NCBI GenBank assembly: GCA_025594325.1
Contig: JANHCV010000001.1
Coordinates: forward strand, 744,001-808,000
Direction of reading: 5' to 3'
DNA: 64,000 bases
Source of the DNA: Blastocladiella emersonii ATCC 22665
Taxonomy: Eukaryota; Fungi; Blastocladiomycota
The notes beneath the pieces are model-generated. The model had not been told where the DNA came from. It searched no databases and was given only the letters and a program-made list of their open reading frames with translations. Positions 35,501 through 47,046 of this stretch are shown here, one piece after another. The translations under genes and the position numbers were made by a program. The stretch's first letter is position 1. Every line of letters starts with the position of its first letter.

Positions 35501-38245
35501 GACCGGCGACGGCACCGCGTCGTGGAGCGAGAGCACGCCGGCGTTGGTCGCGAGCATGAACGCGGGTCCACGGCCCGCCGGCACCAGGACCTGCGCGGAC
35601 GGCGGCAGCGACCCGGCGAGCCGCATGCGGCACGGGAACGCGGTGCAGACGACCGAGTGCACGAGCTCGAGCGAACGCCGCGACAGGTCGTACCGCCACG
35701 TCTTGACGGCCTTGTCGTTTGCCGCCGACACGACGAGCGGGCCACGTAGAGTGCCGGCGGCCTGGATCGACACCACGTCGGCCGTGTGGCCCTGCACCAG
35801 CACCGCGTGGTGGCCCGAGACCAGGTCCATGGCGACGAGCTGGCCCGAGTCGGTCCCGCCGAGGATCGTGAAGGGCTCGCACGGCAGCGCCGCGAAACAC
35901 GTCACGCGCGACGTCTCGCCGCCGCCGCCCGCCGCCGCGACCACGTCGATGGTGCGGACCACCTTGGCCGGGTTCACGGACGTGTCGTACACGATCACCT
36001 CGCCGCTGTTCATGAGCGTGTACACGCGGTCCGCGGCCAGGTCGTGCAGCACGTCGACAATGTACGTCTGCTTGAACGTCGGGAAGCAGGTGACGAGCAC
36101 GGCGCCCGACCGCGGCGACAGCAGCCGCACCGACCCGTCCTCGCACACGACGATGAGCCGCGCGAGCCGGCCGTGGCGCTCGCTCGTCGGCGGGATCCCC
36201 GTGGCGCGCGACGCCACGACGCGGCGCACGTGGGTGACGGGCGACTGCGTGTGGCAGAAGGTCGCCATGAGCCGGTTCAGGTGCCACACGAAGATGGCGC
36301 GCGGCGAGTAGTGGTAGAAGACGTCGCGCCGCATCATGCCGAGCCCGAGCACCCGCGCCTGCGTCGGCTGCCGGTACACGCACCGGCCCTTGTCAATGTC
36401 CCACATGCGCAGCGAGCCGTCGGTCGAGCCCGAGATCAGGATCGGCGGCGGGCGGACCTGCGCCGAGTACGACAGCGGCAGGATCAGGCCCGTGATGGCG
36501 CCCGAGTGGTCGTTGAAGGCGCACACGAGCAGACGCTGGCTGTTCCAGACCTTGACTATGATATGCGCGGGGTGTCATGGGTCGACGGGGTGAGTGACAC
36601 TCGAGTTGGCGGCGTAGCAATCAGCAACGTACTTTGCCCGTCCTTGCACCCGCTGATCAGCGAGTCGCTCGGCTCGTGGATCGCGAGCGCCGTGATGGTG
36701 AGGTCGTGCAGGTTGGGCAGCGCGTCGGTCCGCTTGCCCGAGTCGTAGTCGAAGATGTAGACCGAGTTGTCGCACGCGACGTACAGCCCGTTGGTGCTCT
36801 GGCGGTACAGCGTGCGCGTGACCCACTCGTCGTCGCGAAAGTCATTGATGACGAGCCGCGGGCCCTGCAGCACGTAGATCGAGTGGTTCGCGATGCTACA
36901 ATGAAGAGGGAGGGGTCAGCGGGAAGTTCGGCTGAGGGGATACAACGAAGCGGCTGCGACCAACCATGCAGCAGTACCTCTCGGGCTCGCGGAACACGCG
37001 CCAGACCCACACGCCGCCGACGCACCCGGCAATCACCTCGTCGCGCGCGTCGCACGACTCGAGCGACAGCACGGGCTTGACGCTGGACCGGCGTGACAGC
37101 TCGGCGAGGTTGTGGTCGAGTAGCTTGAGCTCGAGGCGGTCCGTCGCCACGACGAACAGCCGCTGCCGGCGCAGGTAGACCCACTGCGTGACCGGGTCGG
37201 TCAGCCCACCGAGCCCGGTCCCGCCGTCGCGGATCGACGCGCGGTCGTCCTTGTTGAGGTCGACGCCCGCGCCGAGCGGCCGCCGCTTGATGCGGTTCTG
37301 CCCGCGCCACAGGTGCACGTGGTGCGCGTCCATGGACGCGAACGCGTCAGCGTTTGGGTTGCTGAGCGACGCAGCGGCGGCTGCCGCGGCTGCAGCAGCT
37401 GCAGCTGCGCCACCGGACCGGTGCCCGTCAGCGGCGGCGCGGACCGGGTCCGCCATGAGCCCGCCCGGCGGCGGCGTGAACAGGACGCTCGACACGGTCG
37501 CCTTGCCGTGGAGCAGCGAACGTTGGAGCTGGAACCCGTGCGGGATCGTGATGGGCAGCAGTAGGTTCGACGCGGCCGCGGATGCCGCTGCGGCGGTCGC
37601 CGAGACGTTGGCCGGCGCGGGCGTGTCGGCGGGTCCGTCGAGGTACTCGCCAGGCGGCATGAAGACGGCGGGCCCGAGTGGCCCGTCGCTGGGCTCCACC
37701 TCGTCGTCGCCGTCGGCATGGGCCTCGGTGTTCTGACGCGACACGGGCCGCCGCGCGTCGCCCGTCTCGGCCGAGGCGGCGACGGGGGTCGTGGCGCGGG
37801 AAGCGCGGGAACCCGCTCCCTCGGCGTCTTCGTCCTCCTCGTCGCTATCCTCCTTATCGCCACCGCCGTCGTCCCCACCGCTGCGACCGGGCCGGCGGAT
37901 CACGGGCATCGGCTGGTTCCCGAGCGCAACCTCGTACATGTCGACGGGCATTCCGGCGAGCGAGGACGCGACGACCGTGTTGCGGCGCGACTGGCCGGGG
38001 CGGCTCTGGCCCTGCTTGCCGGACCCCGCCGAGCCCGCAGCAGCAGCGGCTGGAGCGAGTCCATGGCGCGTTCCAGGCCGGCTACCGGGACCGCCGTTCG
38101 GCGAGGGCGGCGGCAGGGAGGGACCGGGAGTATTGGAGCGGCTCGGGAGGATGGGGATGGGCACGAAGTCGAGCGACGTTCGGCGCGGGTCCGCCTTGCC
38201 GCCGCTCGCAAAGGCCGAGGTCGGTGCGGCTGGGTGCGGTGCCAT
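32508..38245 (-). CDS. Large WD40-repeat ciliary protein of the WDR87/WDR97 family with C-terminal HEAT-like segment (5 exons)
   Basis: Multiple WD repeats (ISGSTDGSLRMWD, VTSGMDGVVKLWN); VVCEDGSVRLLSPRSG...GEVIVYDTSVNP; C-terminal VRRAAMQALAFFNVQSREQL. Four GT..AG introns, one with a TA|GT donor at about 34931. Confidence 0.75.
33715..33900 (-). repeat. Coding tandem repeat (R/K)EPTPPP(P)n x5-6 inside the WD protein
   Basis: PAREPTPPPPPPRKEPTPPPPREPTPPPPPPPREPTPPPREPTPPPAPAPPRKEPS. Confidence 0.8.
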
Positions 38246-38527
38246 TGAGTTGCGCAAAGTTACATGGATGGTTTGCGTGGAGTCTGCAGAGAGAGGGATA
38301 GGCGGAAAGAGCGGGGATCGGCCGGCGAGGCGCGCGGGGACGAGAGACGCGTCGGCTCAGAGCATCACGTGCACCACGTGCAAGTGTCTCACGCGCGAGA
38401 CACCGACGCGTCGAGCGAGGTTGTGAATCCGATTGAAGGTCAAACGGACGCGGGCAAGGTTTAATCTCCCTCAGGGTCCGGAACGTGGTAATGTGAACCA
38501 AGACTATTGCATTGAGAAAGGCGAGAG

Positions 38528-40800
38528 CTACCAGTCCTCATCCGCATCTTCAACAACATGGAACTCAGGCGATTTGCCCTCGGACTCGTCGAAGACCCAC
38601 TTGCGGATGATACCCATGCTCCACTGCACGGCGCGAGAATCAATGTCGACACCGCTGGCGAGGTGCCCAACGACCTCATGCGGATGGACGGTGAACTCGA
38701 GCTTCGTGAACTCGAGCCAGCCCCGCGGGATGGGCAGCGGGGCGTGAAGCGTCCATGGCTCCGCATCATATCGGTCAAGCGTTGGCGGCCCAGCAAGTAT
38801 GTCGCCCTTAATCGAGACGTCCGTCAGGTACCGCGATTTGGCAAGATTTGCAAGCGTCGCTGGACCGAGGACCGAACACGGCTCATCCACATCCCTGTCC
38901 CAACGCGAAGGCGGGGCCAGGCCTGCCTCGCGCATGTCCAACTTTGTGAGCAGCGGGAGGGGACATGGGATCGCAAGCTCCCACAGCTTCGAGCACCCGC
39001 ACTCATGCGCACCAGCCGGGTGCGTTTCACGACACTGGCACCGCTCGAAGCTCGGCTCGTGGTCCAAGCCGGGCTCGCGAAGAACACTACAACCCGCTGG
39101 CACGTCGTCGTCGGCCTGCGCGCGCAGCGTGAGGGACGTGAGCTGTGCGAGTACGTGCGCCGGACCGTCAATCGTCAGGTTCTCGCAGTCGATATTCACG
39201 ATCTGAAGGCGAGGAGAGCTCTCGGGAAGTACGAGAAGTGGCCGGTTGTTCAGCGGGCTGCGCAGCACGCGAGAAATGTCGCCGCTCAACCAGGCAGGCC
39301 AAGGAGCCTGTGGCTCCTCGAGCTGGTTCTGATTCTCCTCCAGAGTCGCAGGATCCCAACCGCGCTCGAAGCTCTCGCCAACACACAGCTTGACCAGACA
39401 TGGCATGACGAAGATCCAAAGCATTGCGGCTGCGATTTCCTTTGGCACCACAAGCGCCTCGAGCCGGCCCAACACGCGCCACGGAGCGGGGACGCTGTTG
39501 AAGGGCAACGCAGGAACTTGTGCAGCGGCATCGGCGAGAACGCGAGCGAAGACAGCACAGGGACGGGTGAGCGTGAGCTTGGTAAGGCGGCTGAGGCCGT
39601 GAAGGTTGGATATGGGCGCGGGAACCATTTTGGGCGTGAGCTGCAGCTCACCGAACCTCACATAAAGCGGGTATCGCGAGTTGTTGTAGGACTGCTCGAG
39701 CTGCGAGTACTCGACAATTTCGACGTTCGGGAAACGCCGGCCGTCCAACGCAAGCTGCAGCTGGCACCGGGCAAGTTTGCGGATTTGCGGTGCCGGATGC
39801 GTCGTCGTCAAGTGCTCCAACAACGCCGTTGACGAGACCATCTTAAGCTTGAGCGATGCAAGCTGCGCAGGGAGCGATCTGGGCAGAAGTTCGAGCTGCG
39901 GAGGCAAGACAGACACGGCGATACCGCGGCGAAGAAGGTCAATGGCCTCGCCGGCAACCTGGCGCGTCGTAGTGCCAATCGTGGCTTCGAGTTCAAGCGC
40001 CTTGAGCGCCGGGAACAAAGTCAAGATTGTTCGCATCGCGTCCCCGTCCAAGTCGGCCAGCCGAAGCGCGAGTGATTGGACCACGGGGAGGACGAGCGGG
40101 AACCCGTTTGCGATGCACGCTTGTGCTGTTCGATGATCCGAATAAATGCAATCGACTGCTTTAATTTGGACGTTGATCGCGCGTGGGAAGGCTAGTTGGG
40201 CGAGCGCGTCCAAATCGCGGACGCATCGAAGGTCCAGTTCGAGTGAAGTGATACGCTCCGTCACGAGGCCGAGAAGCGTGCGCAGCGATTCTGCATGAGT
40301 ATAGCCTTGAAGGCCCAAGTGACGCAGGCAGGTCGCGCGCCGGAACAACGAGCAGAGGGCGGGAACCGCGGCAAAAGTGCCAAAGACCGGAAACGGGCGA
40401 CCAAATTCGAGGCGCTTGGTCACCATGTCGATGCGTCGCACCAACTTCACGTCGATCGGGAATCTTGGCGACCGCATTTGAGGGCAGGGTGCGCCAAATT
40501 GGTGCTGGAGATGGGGCTGGGTCGCGTTGATATACAGCCCGGTTGCGGTGAGCGTCCACTTGGTGTTGCAGAGCTCGCCGCGCTCGTTGAGAGCAAGCGC
40601 CCAAAGATCAAGATCGCGAGCGAGCTCGGAGCGAGCTCGGGCATGACCAGATCGAGCGGCTTGCGGCTGACCCAGGCCAGGGCAACCAGCGAGTCGAGGT
40701 CGCCGTTGCCGCCGACGCCCCCGTCCCGGACGTAGCGGACAATGTGCCGCAGGACCTCGTCCGGGAGATTGCATAAAGTTGCATTCGACGAGTGCTCCAT
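38528..40800 (-). pseudogene. Intronless F-box plus LRR-like gene frameshifted by an 11-bp tandem duplication
   Basis: F-box NLPDEVLRHIVRYV...SLVALAWVSRK from ATG 40800. (AGCGAGCTCGG)x2 at 40619-40640; removing one copy fuses the two frames into a 753-aa ORF. Confidence 0.8.
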
Positions 40801-41456
40801 GGTAGTGTGATTCTCTGGGGGTGCCGAGACCGAGAGCGTGAGCGTGAGCTTGAGCGCTTCGCGACACGTCCCCTGGGAAACGATGCTTCGGCAAACGAGA
40901 ATCGTGTCCATTGTCCCTTGCGCACTCGCTGGCTCGGACAATAATTGATGGATGGCCAATTATATGTGCTAGTTGTGTATATGCGGAACAGGGCTGCCTC
41001 GTCGGTCGGGACCTGGCTCTCATCTGGCCGCTGACCTGATGGTTCGGTGCACCCGCTGCCTGGGTTCCAACATTCGGCATCGGCGCGAGGATGTGATAGG
41101 AATAGTGGAATCTCAGTTACACGATGGTTCTGGCGCTCAAACGTAGCACAAAGGGTATCAGCGGGCCGATCGAGCAGCGCTTTCGCTTCAAGCGGGCAAG
41201 CGGGGACTCCAAGAAACAGACTGGACCGCATCAGTCCGTGTGCGATCAGATTAGAGTGTATCTCTTGCCGCTTCTCATGCGAGAGCGATAGAGAGGGAGA
41301 CTTTGTGTGACCGAGGCCCGCGTGAGCTCGCGCTGCGCCACTACTGACCACGCGCCGCGCCACACTTTTCTCACTGCCCGAGTATCGCTGCTTCGATTTG
41401 CTTCGCGCGAGCGTGGCCAAAGCCGGCTACACGACCAAGACGGGGTTTCTTTTTTT

Positions 41457-41919
41457 TGTCAGGACCCATGAGTGGTCGTCGTCATCCACCTGTCCAAGCG
41501 CCAGCTCGGCAAGTTCATGTCCAGGGTACTCACGCATGGTGTGCCCATCAAACTCAACAGCGTAGGTCAAGTCCGGCCCGACAGCTCCTGACGCGGTCGA
41601 AAGCGGGAAACTGTCAAGATTTTGCGGAGTTTAGGTTAGATTTTCGCCACATCTTTGCTCAAGGTCGGCCAACGCGTGCGTGAGCGGGTCGCTAGTGGCA
41701 GCGGCAAATGGTGCTTGCGAGGTGCATGAACGCGCAGCCGGCCCTTAGGCCCGGCTGAGAGTGTTAGCAAGTTTGGTTGAACAAAAAGCTACCCGGCATG
41801 CTCGAGAGCCGAGACTTTGAGCTGTACGCCGTCGTTGCGGCCGCAGCCCAGCGGCACTTGGGCGGCATCAAACTTGGACAGAAAGCAGCGGCATCTAACT
41901 GTAAGACTCGGATCTGACA
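41457..41919. mobile_element. Candidate solo LTR (TGTCAG...CTGACA, 463 bp)
   Basis: TG...CA termini with a 6-bp terminal inverted repeat in a non-coding accessory zone; no matching target-site duplication seen. Confidence 0.25.
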
Positions 41920-42783
41920 ACGAGCATCAGGAATGCCCATCAGTTTGGGGGCGTCGAGAATAACAAGGCAACCGAATCGAACTGCAACCGGCGCGGGGTT
42001 CCAAGAGTGCCATTGTTTCGAAATCGAAGCATGCCGCGACTCGACAACCGTAATTTAAGAGAAGCCACAAGCGTAGTATGTATCTTGGATTCAAGGACAA
42101 TCCGATAGCGTGACTGCGTAGCAGGGCGGGTTCTACTCGCGAGCAGCTGAAGTCCGGCTCAGCGTCACCCCGAGACAGTCGCCCAGTGCAAAGCAGCTTC
42201 GATTCGGCTGAGCGTCGAGTAAGGCTGTCGTGTTGATCTCGGGCACTGCAACATGCGTGCAACGTCGACCTCGCTGGAACCCACATTCATCGCGAGCGAG
42301 CGACTCGGATCGCCCCGAGGGCAAACTTTGAGTCGCGACATTTCTCGAGGACAGTCATCAATTGAGGCACATGCGACAAACTTAACGGAGACCGGCTGGA
42401 GAGCAAGCGGAACTCGAGCCGTCAAGGGCCAGAACTCGGATCATCGCTCGTGCATTGCGCCTCCGTCCATGGAGCATAATCAAGGGCAGACACCCGTTGC
42501 AGCAAGCCTAGTTCATTGGTTTCCATGGATCGTCGAGAATGTAAGCGTGTTGAAGCGAAGCGGCCGATCCAAGCCGGCAGCCGCAGGGGCGCAGCCACAG
42601 ACAGAATGGCGCACACGGGGCCGACATAAACGACGCGCCTTGTCGCGATCACGCCGTGGTCGCGCGGCGGGTTGCCATGCAGGGCCCTGCTGTTCACTTA
42701 TCGACTCTTCAGAGCTCATCACAATGTCCTCGATCTCTCATTTCAGGCCCCCATGTGTGCAAAGTGCTCTTTCCATTGCTCAA

Positions 42784-43502
42784 TCAAACAGCTGGCGCAC
42801 GCACCTCCTGCAGCCACGCGTCGACCGCCGCAAGCCCGCCGTCCGACTGGGTAGTCAGCACGAGCTTGCCGTAGAGGACCATCTCGATGCCCGGGTTCTG
42901 GCTGGTGAAGAAGTACGTGTTGGTGAGGAACACCGTGACGGGCGGGCACGGCGACTTGTCAGCCACCACGTCCTTGAGCATGGCGTGCTCGCAGTCGTCG
43001 AGGAGCTCCTGGGGCGACTTGATGATCGCGATGTGCTCGACGCGGCCCTTGCGCTCCTCCTTGGCCTCCTTGAGTAATGTCGCGCGCGTCAGCAAGACCT
43101 CGCATGCATCGTCGAGGTACGTTTCCCCCCATCGTAACCGGGCGAAACTGCTGGGGAAGCGGCTCCGTGAGGACGACCTGGACACGGTGGTGATCGGGTA
43201 CGTCGGGGGTGGCGGTGTCGAGGCCGTGCGTGTGGGCAAACGCCGGGTCCTCGGTGTAGATGCGCACGTCGTACAGCGTCGAGCCGGGCGGCACCAGCTC
43301 GTGGAACATGGCCGAGAGTGCGTTGGTCCACGTCACTTCGAGCATGTGCACGGGGATGCGGAGCGTGTCCGGGCCCGCGGGTACGCGCACGACGGCGAGG
43401 CGGCGGAGGACCGCGTGCGTGAGCGGGGCCAGGTCGGCCGAGCCGATCAGGATGCCCGCCATGGCCACGTCGAGTGCTGTAGCGTCGAGCCCGGCCTTGG
43501 TC
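42784..43502 (-). CDS. Module gene Y (left copy), unknown protein; 5' exon not located
   Basis: LRIPVHMLEVTWTNALSAMFHELVPPGSTLYDVRIYTEDPAFAHTHGL. A 52-nt GTACC..CTGAC..AAG intron joins it in frame to EAKEERKGRVEHIAIIKSP...; homologous to 63.4-63.8 kb. Confidence 0.6.
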
Positions 43503-43963
43503 CTAGGGTACGGCAGCTTTCGTCGCGCTGGAGATAGATTTGAATGGCCAAACTTGACTCTGATTGCATTTATTAAAGGTTTATGAATGCTTCCCTGTTT
43601 TGGATATCAATTTGTGAGGCGTCGACGCTCTTCGCGTCCCTCGAATGGCTCCATGGCGCGTTGACACTGCGCAGTTGTGAGCGACGGCCAAGCCGTGTGC
43701 ACTATCGACCAACGGAACGTGGTATAAACGACTGCGAGGCTATGTTAACGCTCACCGGGATAGTTGTAAAAGACGAGGCGACGATGGCCACGGCCATGGT
43801 CGCGTGGCCGCGGCCACGAAGACCCGATCAACTCCCCCATTCTGTGATCGCGCTGGTCTGTGCGTCATTCAACGAGAGCGCGAAGCGTAGAAAAGATTCA
43901 AGGCAACAGTCAGATACTTTCATCGCTTTCGAGGACAATATTCGACGCAACGAGCCCCGAATC

Positions 43964-45345
43964 TCACCAGTAGTTCGACGCCTCGGCCGCGGCCGCAGCG
44001 GCAGCGGCAGCCGCGCGTGCGCGCCACTCGGCCTTGCCCTGGTCGGACCCGCCGGTCAGGCACATCTCGCACCACGACGCGAGAACGGCAACGGCCTGTG
44101 CGGTACGAACGTGGACCACGCAGTTGACGACATTACCACTGAGCAACTCGTCGGCCATTGAGGTGGACGACTCGTCGGTCGAGACCAGTATCACCGCCTG
44201 CGAGTACTGCGCGGGCCGGCGGCGTACCAGGTTCGCGAGAATCGCATAGTTGATCGCCTTGTTCGCGACCGGGACCACCGGGTGGTGCGTCATGTTGCTG
44301 CGGCCGTGCAGAAGCGGCTGCCACTACCATCGGTTTGACGCCCGTGTTAGTCTTCGTCGTCGGCTTGCGCGTGGGAGAACTCGTCAGCAGGGAAGCGAAC
44401 CTGGAACTCGTTTCCGACGGATTGGTACACGTGGACGTGGAACCACGGCTTGTCGAGGGTCTCGATCAGGTCCGCGGTCGCCGGCACCGAGTCGCCATCC
44501 CACATGACGAGAACGGGCGTGGTGTCCTCGCTCTGCCAGTCTGCTAGCCAGCCGCGGTGGAACTCGAACAGCTTTGCCATCATGACCATGCAGTTAAAGC
44601 TGAGCAGCTTAACGCGGTTGTTGGCGAGCACGTCCGTGAAGGCTTCGGCGTGGACGTGGTACTGGCGGAGCATCATGTCGCAGAACCGTGACACGGGCAT
44701 GGTAACCGACTGGCTCGTCGCCGTCGGCGGGCGCCGGTGCAGGATGGTCTCGGGCGCGAAGCAGTTGTAAAGGTGCATCAGCGCCATATCGTCCACCACT
44801 GGAACCGCGCCGTTGTCGTGCAGGTCGGGGACGGTGGACGCGATCTTGTAGAGGTAAGCACAATGAGAGAGTGTCACCGGACCGTCCCCGTTGAAGTTGA
44901 GGTTGACCATGGCAACGGCGACGGCCGCGCCGCCCTCGCGAGCGGCGTCAGCAAACGCGTCAAGCACGCCCTGGATCAGGTCGATGATGGCGGACACGCC
45001 AGTACGGTTCCACTCGGGACTCGCAGACGGCTTCGCCAGCAGCTGCAGTACGTCCTGGACCACGCCTGGCGCGTCATCGTCGAGCGTGTACATGCTCGCG
45101 AGTTCGGCGGCCCGAAACGCGTCGTACGTTTCTTCCGACGCCGCGGCGACGTCCAGTAGGGCATCGAATGCGCGGCCGATGAGCTCCTGGCCGCGGCGGA
45201 CGAACGTGCCGAGGTGCAGCGACGACGCGTCGTCGGCGGCAAAGTCGGCGCGCAGCTGGTCGAGGTCCCGCTGCACCGCCGCGGCCGCGTTAGCCGCCAC
45301 GTCGGCAGCCGACTGCTGGTTCTCCTGAGCGTCAATCGCTTCCGA
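43964..45345 (-). CDS. Module gene X (left copy), unknown helical N-terminus plus PIN/NYN-like C-terminal pattern; start exon uncertain
   Basis: Long open exon 45345-44401, intron 44400-44324, exon to 43964; homologous to 61.4-62.96 kb. Confidence 0.7.
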
Positions 45346-45934
45346 CTACACGCGGATACCGAACACCATCAGCGTCGCCGGTTCGTGTCATGTAGATCGC
45401 TCACGGCGCGCGCAACCCGCGGCGCCGCGAGCGGTGGTCAGAGCGGACTTATGTTGCTCATGGCCCATTCAGTTGCAATGTGTTCCATGCGTTCAAAGAG
45501 CTCCGTGGTGGCAGTGGCCTGCGGTGTTGGAGGGAGAGGGGAACGGGCGCGAGCTGTGAAGGGCGAGGACGCGCGTGGGACACGCGTCACGCTGGCCGCC
45601 GCGCCGCCACGACAGCTCGCTCGGCCATCGCGAACTCCATCACACGCGATGCGTTACTTCGTAGGTGCTGGAAATTTCTTCCCTGCACCCTCGAGCTTAT
45701 GTCTAAGGGAGAATGTTCGCAGTTACCAGTGGGACGCGAAACTTGAATCAAGGGTTCTTCTTGGTCGCCGCGAGCTTCAGCGTCCATCGTTGAGCGAGAC
45801 CCCGCCCGGATTAACGAATCCACGGCTGTTACGGCTGTAGTCAGATTCTAGCAGCACGTTTCCGGTCGTCCCGGGAAGAACGTTGGTCTCCATCGGTCGG
45901 GGCTCAGCCTGCAAGTAAGTCCAAGTTTCGTGTC

Positions 45935-46433
45935 GATGGCCATGGTCATCAATCCCCGGCCACCATGACCACCGCCTCGACCACGGCCATGGGCTTGCGG
46001 AGCTTAGTTTACTAGAAACGCGTTTACATCTTCCGTTCGATCCGATTCAACTTACAAAACCACAGCGAAGCGAAGGCTCGGATCAACTCCCTCCACCGGC
46101 ACGTCAAGGTGGCCAGCGGCAATCGCTGCCACGGAACTCGAGACGCTGACGACCAGGTGCGCCAGGAATCGAAAGCACCCCGAGAAACCAGTCCGTGACT
46201 TCGTGTACGCGACCGGCTGAGCGCGTCCGTACCTCACTCACTCACTCAAATCATCATCGTGGCGGTTGACCGGCCTGGGTTCGGCCTGAGGTGCGTCGAG
46301 TCGCGAGAATCGATGGCCATGGTCAGCGGTCCCTGGCCGCCGTAGCCACCGCCTCAACCACGGCCATGAGTTTAAGAAGTTTCGTCAGCTCTTCAAGCAC
46401 ACCTGATCCTTCGCCGACCTCAACTTACAGACC
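45935..46433 (+). repeat. Two diverged direct copies (about 120 bp) starting GATGGCCATGGTCA at 45935 and 46312
   Basis: Shared gatggccatggtca...ccaccgcctc(g/a)accacggccatg...tcaacttaca blocks. Confidence 0.75.
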
Positions 46434-46530
46434 CGGGTCTGGTGAGCACCACGACATAGATCTATCACATTCATCGGGGCACATCATGCTGGCCAACAGC
46501 GAGCACTGCCCGCGTGATCCCTAATCGCGC

Positions 46531-47046
46531 TCACCAATGCGATGACCCGACGTCGAAACACCCGGCGAGATTGACCAAGCGCATTGCAGACCGAAAGTAC
46601 CGAAGGAGCGGAGCGGTCCGCGACCTCGTGCACGCGCCCGTGTTCGAGCATTCGTACTCCTCGTTTTGACAGCGGCGACCGAGCTGCGCCAGCTTGCCGT
46701 GCGTGAAGCTCAAGCGAGAAAACGTGAACTCGTACCCGGCCGTCGAAAGCACCGCCCATCGCTCCGCCCTGGCCCGCTTTATCAGGGCACCATAATGGTG
46801 CGCGAACGGGTCTAAGGGAGCGACGAGGGCGGCGAGCGGTGCCGGCGAGGATCGTTCGGGACAGCAAGCTTGAGGCCGCACGAAGAGAGCAGCGGAAAGG
46901 TACCGGGGAGAAATGAGAGTACGGCGACGAACGACGCGTGCGCGAGGTCGCGGATCGGATCCAGTCTTGGTACCGATGATTGCTGGACGGGGAATGCAGG
47001 TGCGAGTCAGTTTCGGGGTCTCGGAGAGGGTGTCAGGTCGGCGTAC
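46531..47046 (-). pseudogene. Module gene W remnant (left copy)
   Basis: Intron 47046-46983 (GTACGC..CTGAC..CAG), then QSSVPRLDPIRDLAHASFVAVLSF, a frame break, and LVAPLDPFAHHYGALI; matches 60.0-60.5 kb. Confidence 0.55.

Noticed and set aside
41920-42740. Short ORFs suggesting a transposase or RT remnant
   Set aside because: No DDE, RT, RNase H or tyrosine-recombinase motif is recognisable in any frame.
44347-44400. ORF ending ...HAQADDED* as the true end of X
   Set aside because: This is intron sequence (GTTCGC..CTAAC..TAG) at the same position as in X'.
47022-47040. GGAGAGGG-TGTCAGG resembling a polypurine tract plus LTR start
   Set aside because: It lies inside the conserved intron of module gene W, and no matching LTR end was found.
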